Shown here: piece after piece, positions 8,321 through 20,300 of the stretch
Layout of the letters: every line of letters begins with the position of its first letter
Position numbering within the stretch: position 1 is the first letter of the stretch
Program-made: the position numbers and the translations under genes
The notes under the pieces: generated by a model
What the model saw: only the letters and a program-made list of their open reading frames with translations
Databases searched by the model: none
What the model was told of the DNA's origin: nothing
Assembly (NCBI GenBank): GCA_041671645.1
Contig: JBAZBD010000001.1
Span: 799,234-863,233 of the forward strand
Direction: 5' to 3'
DNA length: 64,000 nt
Source of the DNA: Patescibacteria group bacterium
Lineage (GTDB): Bacteria; Patescibacteriota; UBA1384; XYA2-FULL-43-10; 1-14-0-10-43-13

Positions 8321-11300
8321 GTCGATGTTGGTATGCCAAAGACTACGGGTTGGCCTGAATTGTTGACGCCCACGATTTGCATCTGACCAATAATATCGCG
8401 AACTTTCATGGCTGTGCCAGAGAGATTGGAGATAACAGTATCTAGGACCGATTGCTCCTTGAAAATATCCTTGGTGGCGAAAGTAAAGTCTGTCGATTCG
8501 GCAGTTTGGCCATATTTATCTTTGGAAATGACAGCGAAATGGTAAGTTTTGTTGAAGTCCAAATCGGACAAAACAACTGTATGGAAAGAGTTGAGCCCAG
8601 TATCAACCTCGGTCGTGTAAGGGTATGGAGCAGAAGCGCCATATTTGACTTGAGTGGTGGCTGGAACGGTAGTTTTCCAAGTGATGGTGGCTTGAGCCTT
8701 CTCTGACATCAACTCGCTAGGAGTTGCCTTCACGTCTGATATCTCCAAAGTGCCCTCGCCTGGCTCATCTGGCGGCAGGATAACACAGCCAGAACAATCT
8801 ACAACCGTAGTTGTCTGGAACTCAGCTGCCATACTAGCTGTCTGGTTCTTGGCTAGATCAAAAGAGAATACGGAGTAGTTGAATTGGGTATTTGGCGTGA
8901 CTGTGTCGACATAAGAAGCGTAGCCAGAAGCGTCGACCTGGACGCCAGAGGTTGATTCAGAAATTATATTGTTGCCGTTTTTGACGATAGTGTAGCCGAG
9001 CAACCCAGAGCCAGTGTCAGTACTGGCCTTCCAGCGAAGCATCACTCGGTAGTCAGAGTTGACCCGATCAGAGATGTCGAAAGCTTCTACCTTTTCTAAT
9101 GATGATGGGAGGACCGTATCTAAGATGAAGGTAAGTTCCTCTGACCAAGCGAACTGATTGCCTAGATTATCGTTTGCGGCCACTCTGACGTAGTAAGTGC
9201 CGTCGGCCAGAGCACTGGCACCATCCAAGGTCAGAGAATTTGAAGGAGAAGTCAGCGTAGAGAGAGACAGAGCGTCATTTGCGTTGGCGCAGCCAGAAGT
9301 CTTGCAGATCTTGATACTGTAATTTAAAATTCCTGAATTTGTATCTGTTGCGGCTGGCCAAGTCAAAGTGACGGCTGGCTGATTGTAATATTCAATGTTG
9401 TCGATAGTGTTGGTCTTACCAGATACCGTTGGCTTGCCAGGAGCTGTTGGCTTGTCGCTGTCTGGCTTGCCAGAAGCTTGATTGGAGGCGGCTGAATAGT
9501 TGTCGACGCTATCGATAGCTTCAACTTTGTAATAGTATGTGACACCGCTTGTGACGTTGCTATCAATGTAAGTGGCAGTCGAAGATAGAGTCGTATAAGC
9601 GATCTTGTTCGTACCGATATTTGGTGTGAAATCGGCCTCGGTGGAACGGAAGATAGCGACATTGGCGAAGTCTGTGTCGGTCGGATTGACCCAAGAGAGC
9701 GAAACAGAAGCGCTAGCAGAGAGAGCGGTCAGATTCGTCGGTGCGGATGGCGCTGTGATATCTAGGATAATTGATGCCGAAGCAGTCGGCGACTCATCAC
9801 CATCGATATCTTTGACTTTCAGGTAAACCGTCTTCATCCCGTCAACAGTAGGAGCGGCCAAAGTCCATGACTTGCTGGTTGAGAATGTTTCATACTCGCT
9901 GCCAGAGAAATCAGGAGAATTTGAGACCTTCATTTGTGTGCCAGTGCTAGAAGAAAGCGTAAGTGTTTGATCTATTTGATTTGTCCTAGCCGAAGAGAAT
10001 GAGATCGTGCCAGTCGGCGGGAACCATTTGTTGGTATTGCCGAGATTGATCGAATTTGAAGGATCGATGACCGCACTGCTTAGATTCTTGGAGTTTTCGA
10101 CAGAAAGATAGGAAGTAGAGGTCGAGCCCTTTGGATCAATCTTCCATTGATCTGTACCTGTGCCGCCAGATCTACTGAGCGTGATATTTCCAGCAGAAGT
10201 TCCGTTCAAGCTTAATGCACCGTTGACCGTCTGAGTCGTATCAGAAGCGAAACTAATTGTTCGAGCCGCAGACGCTGTGGCAGATAGATTATTGAAAGTG
10301 TTAGATCCAGCGACCGTCTGACCTCCGATGCCATTCAAGGTAATCGTTGATGTGCCAGGATCTACCGTCATGCCAGTGAAATCAATATTCCCGCCGATTG
10401 ATACTGATGACGACTCAAGGTTCAATACGTTGGTGTCGTCAGTCGAACCAGTGTATCTAAAGATTCCATTTGTGAATTCATGAGTACCAGAGCCAAGATT
10501 TGCTGTTCCAACGCCATATACGGGATAGGCAAGATAAAGATTTCTTGCAGTTAGATTGTTGTCAACAGCATTTAACGTTGTCCTCTTGCCAGTAGTTATA
10601 GAATAGGCGTAGATGTCACGAGTCGTCGTCACATCAGATGACAGAGTGATCGCGACATCGTTTGTCACACCGGAATAAGCGACTGACCCTTGGCCGAAGT
10701 TTTGGCCAGCGACCGTGACGTCAGATGATGGTCGATAAACAAGGAAAGTCGAAGCAGTAAAATTTGCGCCTGTGTTGACGACGGCATCGCCGTCTGACTT
10801 GTACATCCTGAACGCATATCTGTTGTCACCGTTCAATGTACCACCCGCGTAAGTGTAGAGAACATTTGAGGTAGTGACCGATGAAATCGCGTTGGTAGTA
10901 TTGCCGTTGTGCGCCAACTTCAGATTATAGAAATCATAGGGAGCCGCAGCATAACCTTTTGATTGCAACGTTCCAGTCCCGGTCAAGTCAACAGTTGAAG
11001 TGCCAGGGGTGACAGTGATATTGCTCGTATCCCAATTCCCGCCAACATTGATCGTTCCTGATCCAAGATCAAGCTTATTGCCGATATTTGAAGCATTGCC
11101 ATGCGAAAGACTGCCGGCAATATTTGTTGTGCCGGATCCTAACTTCAAATAGCCAGGGATTGTAGCGTACTCGTTGGTAGAGGTCGAGCCAATAGTCAAA
11201 TTTTTGCACGTTAGATTGTGCGTACTCATATCGACGTAGCCGGCTGGAGTGGTCGTTCTATCTTTTGCGACTATGACATTGCTGTTGCCAAAGTTGAAAT

Positions 11301-14300
11301 TGCCAGTTGCCGTAAGAATCCCTGTCGGATCTTGTTGGAATGAAAAGGTTGTAGCAAAATTACTTGGCAATGTTATCGCCTTCTGTGTCATATCAGCAAT
11401 TTGTGGATATATTGCAAGGACTCCCAGTCTTGAATCAGCAGTCAAGTTGTTCACTGTCACGCTGTCGTTGCTCCTAGAGTACACGATGACAGCTTTGCCA
11501 ATACCCATTAGCGTCCCAGGGCCTACTGTGAACGCGCCAGCAGAGCCAGAACCCAAGCCCACAGAGACACCGGCGGTCATAGTAGAAGTAATCCCGGAGC
11601 CCGCCGCAACCAGGCTACCAAAAGTATTATGCATATCAGGGTTGGCAATATTCCCGCTAGACGACTGGGTCCATACGCCGGTAGAGGCGAGAACGCCGAC
11701 TTTGTTTGCAATAATTATGTCACCAGCAATATTAACCGACTTTCCACCGTCAACTAATGTTCCGGCGTTTGCAGTCAATGATTGGGCCGACACATTATCT
11801 TGGAAAGTCCACCCTGCAGTAAGCGTATGATTCGCAAGCAAAGAGATATTATTATTTAGCAAAGTCACATTCGGGTCGATAACCGCATCAACACCGTTGA
11901 AGATAAGATTTCCAAGTACTTGACCATTTGTCGTAATCGTCTTGCCGGTCGTTGTCGGATTGAAGTTGATAGTGCTAGTACCTTCGTTGAACACTGCGGT
12001 TGGATCGGCGGTCATGGTTAAGGAGCCAGCGATATTTAAGGTTTGAGCATTTGCGGTGAATGTGCCGGCGTTAAGAGTAAAGTCGCCATCATCGTTCAAA
12101 GTAGTATTTGCCGAAATTGTCCCGCTGTAGCCGGTGTTGACTGATAGTGATTTGATGTGACTCGTAAAGCTAGCATCAAGCGTCGAATCTTTGGTTGATG
12201 TAGCGTCGAAAATAACATCGCAAGTTGCGCTTGGGATAATATTTGCCGTCCAGTTATCAGCACTTGACCAATTGTCATCCGCTGCTTGGCCGTCCCAGAC
12301 GCAAGTGTTGTTGGCGGCGAACGACACAGAGATTGAATGAGTTGCAGTTACATTTGTAAATGTATATGACGATGGTAAAGTGCCACTGATTGCGCTGCCA
12401 TCGACGACAACATTTGAGATATAATAGCCGTCGCTAGGCGTGATCGTGTACTCCGGGCTAGTCCCATAATTGGCTAAATTATCTCCGAGAGGAGAGATAG
12501 CCCCGTTACTGCCAGCACTTGAGCTAATAGTGTATGTCTTCAAGGTGAATGTGGCGGTGATGGTCTTGTCAGCAGTAATATTTGTTAGTGCCGCACTACC
12601 TGTGCCAGCGGCATCGCCGCTCCAACCAGTAAAGTCAGAAGATACAGCAGGCGTAGCAGCAACTGTCAAATTAGCGCCGTAAGTCACTACTTGTGTCGAT
12701 TGATCGAGATCACCGGTACCATTGCCAGCCTTGCTGATGGTGACTGTGTAACTTCTGATTGTAAATGTGGCCGTAATTGTCTTGTTAGCTGTGATGTTGG
12801 TGAAAGATGCGTCCCCTGTGCCAGTTGCGTCGCCAGACCAACCAGCGAAGGTAGAAGAAGCCGCTGGTGTGGCCACAACCGTTAGATTGGCGCCATAATT
12901 TACTGTTTGGGTTGCCTGATCCAGATCACCCATGCCAGTACCAGTTGTGTTGATAGTAATAGTATAAGTCTTGATTGTAAATGTGGCCGTAATTGTCTTG
13001 TTAGCTGTGATGTTAGTGAAAGATGCGTCCCCTGTGCCAGTTGCGTCGCCAGACCAACCAGTAAAGGTTGAAGAGATGTCAGCTGTCGCGACAACAGTCA
13101 AATTTGCGCCATAATTGACATCTTGGGTTACTTGGTCCAGATCACCCGTGCCAGTACCGGCTTCGTTGATGGTGATAGTGTAGGTTTTGATTGTGAAGAC
13201 CGCAGTAATGGATCTGTCTGCTGAAACATCAGTCAGATAGCAGATGTTGGTAGCGACTGTATCGCAACCAGTCCAGGAAACAAAGTCCGAGGAGGCTGCA
13301 GCGGTCGCAGTGGTAGTAACGTCTGCGCCAGCGTCAACAATCTGGGTCACCTGGTCGAGACTGCCCGAACCGCTACCGTCAGAGCTGATTGTCACAGAGA
13401 AGTTGTCTAGCGTTGTAGTATTGTTGGTCGCGCCGAAATCAGTTGCAACATTGTCGCCATTTCTAGCTTTGATCTTATAAATATAATTGGTATTTTTGGT
13501 GAGACCAGTATTCGCAAAACCTGAATCTCCGCCCCAGTCAGCGTAGAGCTGCCAGTCCTCTGAGACCTGGGTCGTACCATCAGCGTTTTTGACATAATTC
13601 CAAGTGCTTCCAGCATCAGCTGAAACGGCAATCGCGTATCGTGTATTTGCATTTGGATTGCCATTCTTGTCAACGGTGATTCTAATGCGAGATGACGACA
13701 ATGTTGTGACCGTAGGCTGGCCAGGAACCGCAGCCAAAGTATAGACGGTATCAGAGTTTGAATCTTGGCTACCGCCGCCGTTGTAGACATTTACGTGACG
13801 AGTGTAACCAGTGTTGGCCGAGAGAGGAGTCTCGTTGTAAGAAGTCGAGCCGGCATCGAGATTTCCAGAAAGGCTAGTGTGGGCAGAGTCCTCAACTTTG
13901 TAACCAGTTTCTTCACTGGTAATATCGCTCCAAGTCCAATTGATCTGCGTTGTCGAAGCGGCTGAGCCAGCAAAATCATCAGGAGATTCGACGCCACAAT
14001 TAGAAGTCTCAAAGCTTGATGGCGCGGCGTATGGGCCGGTACCGTTTGCAGTTGAAGTAGCAGAAGCTTTCCAATAATAGGTAGTGGTGTTTGAGAGTCC
14101 AGTAATCTGCTTGCTGGTCGTCGCTGTTGTCAATGTGCCAATGTTGGTTGCCGCCGTATCAGTACCATAAGAAACCGTATAGCTGTCTGCGCCAGTAGCG
14201 GCTGTCCAGGTCGTGGTAGCTTTGGTAGTACAAATATTCGTTATGTTCAATGCTGTTGGAGCGGCTGGAGGAGTGACATCAGCAACTGAGGTCGAGGTGT

Positions 14301-17300
14301 AAATAGTTTCAACATTATCGCCATTCTTGGCCTTCACCTTCATCCAATATTGAGTATTGGCAGCAAGATCAACGTTGTCTTTGTCTTTCTTGAATAGATA
14401 AGTCGTTTCAGTCTGCCAGGCCATCGCATTTGGATCGTAGAAATTGCCAGCACCGGCGCCATCATTGGTCGAGTATTGAATATAATAGTTTGTCCCTGCT
14501 GGATTGGCGCTCGCATTAATAGTAGTATCCAGATGCCAAAGGTCTGCGTCAGAATAGTCCCCTGCGACAGTGGTGAAAGTCGGGACATTGGCCAGAGTAT
14601 ATTTGGGCGCCGCATATGCCGGAGCAGAATCACCGCCGGAATTGGTCGCTACTACCTTGGCACAATATTGAGTATTAACTGATTTACTGGCGATAGCCTG
14701 GCTGACTGCATCAGCCGACGTCGTAGTATCTGGTGTACCAGAATATGAAGCGGCAGAACAATCTGCGTTGCCGTCAGCAGTATAGACCTTGTAGCCAGTC
14801 TCGATCGAAGAATTGTCCGTCCAAGTCACATTAAACGTAGTCGACGAAGTCGGAGTAATAGTGACTCCCGTTGCGCTGGCCGGTGCGTCAAGAGCAAAAC
14901 TAGCAGTCACTGCGATATCACCTGCTACGTTTGAGTCAGTTCGAGCCGCGGTCATGACATCATCAGACCAGGAGACGAAGTGGTAATTGGCGGCAGGAGT
15001 AGCGGTAACTTGGGAGCCATTCGCACCGTAATTGACTGTTTGAGGCGTGGAACCAACGACTGAGCCATTGGCGCCAGCAGAGTAAGTAAGAGTGTGAGTA
15101 TCGATGGCAAAACTAGCAGTCACTGATTTATCGGTGATCACATTGGTTTCCGTTCTCGCTGCAGTTAGAACACCATCAGACCATGAAGTGAAGTGGTAAT
15201 TAGCAGCAGGGGTAGCGGTAACTTCTGACCCGTTCGCGCCATAGTCAACTGTTTGAGGAGTTATGCCAACTATAGAGCCGCCCGAACCGGCCGAGTAAGT
15301 CAAGACGAATGCGCTAGGGCCGCCATCAGTAATTGTCCAAGTGTGAGCACTAACTAGATGAGCTCGGCCGTCAGCCGCCGCTCCAAGAGTATACTTTTTA
15401 GTTGCAGCACCAAGAGTCACGTTGCTCTTCACTGCCTGTGCCGACCAGCCAATCAAAATATTACTATAATTAGCGTTAGAAAGTGCCGAGCTACTAAACA
15501 TATTTGTCATATCCGTCACATTAACCACATTCCAGCTGGCCAAGTTTTGGTTGAAGGCTGCCGCGGAGTAGAACATTTGATTCATATTAGTCACAGCGCC
15601 AGTATTCCAATTGCTGATGTTTTGGTTGAAGGCACTGTTGTTCCAGAACATTTCACGCATAGTGGTCACAGAGCCGGTATTCCAACTGCTGATGTTTTGG
15701 TTGAACGCCCAAGCAGACTCAAACATATAGGCCATATTAATCACGTTAGTTGTATTCCAACTACCGATGTTTTGATTAAATACAAAGGCGTTGTAGAACA
15801 TGGCGTACATACTGGTCACGGCACCAGTATTCCAGCTACTAATGTCTTGATTGAAAAGAGAGGAAGACTCGAACATGCAGTACATATCTGTTACGGCTGA
15901 CATATCCCAGCTATTCATCGAGGGTACAGTGTCAATACCGCTATCTCTAAAGGAATTTTTCATTGTTGTCGTACCAGTCGTATTCAAGACATCGGTGGCG
16001 GTGATTTTAAGATTCTTCGTGCCGGAAAAATAACCGTCGGAGTTACCCAGTCGGAGTGGACCGAATTGACTGATTTGAGAAAGCTTTAACTTGTCACCAG
16101 CGTTGTTAAATCTGAATCCAGTAATTGTCCCACCAATTTTGAGATCATAAATACCGCCGCTGGCGTAGGTGTGAGTGGTTTCAGCTTGGTTCCAGGTAGT
16201 GATGGTACTAGTGGAGCTGTCACCCCAGTCAACGATAAAGTTGTAGGTGCCAGTGGATTCTAGGGGCAGATGAATTTGGGTTGCCGTACTGGAACCGCTT
16301 GAAGTCTTGCTGGTATCCCACCTGGAGAGGAATTGGAGGGCAAAGTTGGCCGTGACGGTGATATCAACGGTGACATTGGTGTCGGTGCGGGCGGCAGTAG
16401 TATTGGCATCTGACCAGTCTACGAAATAATAGCCAGCTGCTGGGGTAGCGGTAACTTGTGAACCGTTGGCACCGTAGTCAACAGTCTGTGGCGATGTACC
16501 AACAACTGAACCATTCGATCCAGCGTTGTAGGTCAAGGTGTAGGTGTTGATAGCAAATGTAGCCGTAACTGAAATATTATCAGCAACATTGAGATCAGTT
16601 CGAGCCGCGGTCATGACATCATCAGACCAAGATACGAAATGGTAGTTAGCAGCAGGAGTAGCGGTAACTTCTGAGCCGCTTGAGCCATGGTCAACAGTCT
16701 GGGGGGTGGTACCGACAATCGAGCCATTGGCGCCAGCAGAGTAAGTAAGAGTGTGGGTGTCGATGGCAAAACTAGCAGTCACTGCGATATCACCTGCTAC
16801 GTTTGAGTCAGTACGAGCAGCAGTCATGACGTCATCAGACCAAGATACGAAATGGTAGTTCGCAGCAGGAGTAGCGGTAACTTCTGAGCCGCTAGCGCCG
16901 TGATCAATGGTCTGAGGGGTGGTACCGACAATCGAGCCATTGGCGCCAGCAGAGTAAGCCAAAGTATGAGTGTCGATTGCGAAACTAGCCGTTGTCGTAA
17001 TGTTGGCCGTGACGTTGGTATCCGTTCGGACTGGATTAGTAGAGTCATTGTCTGACCATTTGACAAAATGGTAATTGGCGGCAGGAGTGGCAACAACTTC
17101 TGAGCCGCTTGACCCATGGTCAACAGTCTGAGGAGAGCTGCCGATAACTGATCCGTTGGCGCCAGAGTTATAGGTAAGGGTGTAGACGGCCAAGGTTGAT
17201 TGGTCGGCAGTAGCAGAATAAGCAGTCGCAACACTATCGCCATTTGTAGCGGCCACGGAGAAAGTATATAGGGTGTTGGCGGTCAGACCGGTCACGGTCT

Positions 17301-20300
17301 TGCTCGAACCCCAGGTCGCATAAGCTTGCCAGACAGCTGAATCGCCGAGTGTGCTGTTGGCTTGAACATATTTCGTCGTAGCGCCGTAGACTACTTTGAT
17401 GGCATAAGTCGTATTGGATGGATTGGAGTTTTGGGCAATCAGGACTGGAATAGTAGTCGAAGTGACTGTACCAAAAGTTGGAGTGCCAGGTACATTAGCC
17501 AAAGTATACTTGGCAGCAGTAGAGCTAAATGCTGTTTCGGTATTGTCACCATTTCTAGCTTTGACTTTGTAGGTGTATTGAACATTTGGACTCAAGGAAA
17601 CATTGTCAAATCCAGAAGCACCACCCCAGGCGGCATAGTTTTGCCAGTCTTCAGAAGCTTGATTGGTGCCGTCTGCATGTTTGACATAATTCCAAGTACT
17701 TCCGCCATCAGCTGAGACAGCGATAGCATAAGTAGTAGAAGAGTTGTCAGTAAGTTTGATATTGATGACGCTAGCAGATGAAGCAGCTAGGGTTGGAGCG
17801 TCAGGGGCGGCGGCAAGGGTGTATTTGGGCGCAGCATATGCTGGAGCAGAATCGCCAATTGCATTGGTGGCGATCACCTTGGCACAATATTGAGTATTGA
17901 TTGATTTACTCGTAATAGCTTGGCTAATAGCGCCAGCGGCAGTCGTATAATCAGGAGTGCCAGAGTAACTGGCGGCCGAACAATCAGCATTGCCAGCGGC
18001 AGTATAGACCTTGAAGCCGGTCTCGTTGCTGGAAGCGTCAGTCCAAGTCACTGTAAATCCAGTGGTAGTCAGCGTCCCAATGGCAACTGTGTTTGGCTCC
18101 GTTGGGGCAACGTCGACTGTGGTCTGAGCAGTTCCGCTAGATAGAGCGGTCTCAACATTGTCTCCGTTCTTGGCTTTAACTTTATAGGTATATTCTGTGT
18201 TGGCGGTGAGGCCAGTATTGGTAACTCCAGAAGCGCCACCCCAGGTAGTATAATCTTGCCAGACAGCAGAAGTATCTGAAGAACCGTCCGCCTGGACATA
18301 TTTGCTCAGAGTATCATTGTAAACGGCATAATTGGTGCCGGCTGGGTTGGAATTCTGGTTAATTTTGACGGTTAGAGAGCTCGAGGAAGTGGCGTCTACT
18401 GTCGGAGCAGAAGGTACATTAGCCAAAGTATACTTGGCAGCAGTAGAGCTAAATGCTGTTTCGGTATTGTCACCATTTCTAGCTTTGACTTTGTAGGTGT
18501 ATTGAACATTTGGACTCAAGGAAACATTGTCAAATCCAGAAGCACCACCCCAGGCGGCATAGTTTTGCCAGTCTTCAGAAGCTTGATTGGTGCCGTCTGC
18601 ATGTTTGACATAATTCCAAGTACTTCCGCCATCAGCTGAGACAGCGATAGCATAAGTAGTAGAAGAGTTGTCAGTAAGTTTGATATTGATGACGCTAGCA
18701 GATGAAGCAGCTAGGGTTGGAGCGTCAGGGGCGGCGGCAAGGGTGTATTTGGAAATCGAGTCGGTAGCTGCTGTGGTCTCTCCGTCTCCGTTTCTAGCCT
18801 GAGCGGTGTAGGAATACTGAGTATTTGGCGAAAGGCCAGTATTGGTAAGGGTATTGTTGTTGGTATTCCAAGAAGCAAAACCCGTGCCAGTTCCGGCAGA
18901 TTTAGTAATGTAGAGGCCAGATGAGCCAACGGACAAGTTGGTAAATGTGCCGGTAGCAGAGACTTGGATCGAATCAGTAGCTATCGTCCCGAAGGTGATA
19001 CCGGAAGCGGCCTCGATAGAGGAGTAGGCAGAAGCAGTAGAGGAAGCCTGGCCCAAAACTCCGTTGTAAGCACGGACGTAATTTGTATATTGAGTATTGG
19101 CTGAGAGTGAACCTTGATCATACGCCGAAGCGGATGGGCTCCCAACGTCTGAATCATCGGAGCTCTTTAGAAGTCTGTAGCTAGAGGCACCTGCGACATC
19201 AGCCCAATCCCAAGATATTTGAGAAGCGGTGTTGGCGGTGTGAGTCAAGCTTGCAGGCTGTGCCGGAGCGGAAGTAGCAGTGCCAGCAGAAGAGGCAGAA
19301 GTTTCGGTGGTGTCACCGTTTCGAGCCAGCGCTTTGACGGAATACAACGTGTTTGAGGTAAGATTTTTCAGGTAATTGACTGTGCCAGTTTCCCAATTTA
19401 CCTTGGTCTTCCAAACCTTTGATGCGCCGCAAGTGCCATCGCCCTGTAGCCATGAGTCTGGAGTTGCGTTGCAGGAAAGAGCAAACTCAGTCCCGGCTGG
19501 ATTTGAGTTGACATTGATTACCGCGGCCATATTATTTCCGCTGGCTGCGCTCCAATCGTAAGCAGTGACAGTGGGGGCATCTGGCGTATTAGCCAAAGTA
19601 TATTTCGGTGCAGCAAAGGCTGGATCAGAATCCCCGTCTGCATTGGTAGCGATCACTTTGGCGCAATATTGAGTATTGATAGTTTTGCCCGTAATGGCCT
19701 GGCTGGTAGCATCTGCGGCAGTGGTATAGTCTGGGGTGCCAGAATACGAAGCGGCGGAACAATCAGCGTTACCAGCGGCAGTGAAGACTTTGAATCCGGT
19801 CTCGTCGCTGGAATTATCAGTCCAAGTAACGGTAAATAAAGTAGAGTCAATCGAAGTGATCGCCACAGTGCTAGCCGCATTTGGCGGAGCCGAAGCGAAC
19901 CAGTTTACATTATTACCGGCGCTCGTAACGTTTGAACCTGAGTTATCGGTATAGATCGCAGTCGCGTTTGCATTTATCGAATCTTTCACTGAAGCATAAG
20001 AGATTGCTCTTGTGCTCTGAGGATCTATAGACCATGTAGAGCCATCAGAGGAAGAATTTAGAGAGATAACTCGACCAGAAGCTCCAGAAACCGTCAGCGC
20101 ACCTGCGATTGTTTGAGTTTTACTTGCCTCAAATTTCAAGGTTTTTGTTGTTGTCGCCCCAGGCTGTATTGTCACAGCGCTAAAAGTGGTATCGCCTGAA
20201 ATATCCTGGATGGAGCTATCTCCTCCATTGAAGACGACCGTGCCAGAATTGTGGGTGAAAGTACCAGCAGTGTGAGTGAAATCATTCGCAACGCTCATAG

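Noticed and set aside
12320-13420. A regular 216-bp periodicity that could superficially suggest a CRISPR-like or satellite array.
   Set aside because: The period is far longer than repeat-plus-spacer units. The repeats are in frame, encode a 72-aa protein module, and have no unique spacers or cas genes nearby.
14600-19900. A possible diversity-generating retroelement (template/variable repeat pair) among the three TG[FY]KV[FY]TA.GNADCSAASYSGTPD... modules.
   Set aside because: No reverse transcriptase is present in the window. Differences between copies involve all four bases rather than adenine-specific substitutions, and the one perfect repeat pair is identical rather than A-mutagenised.
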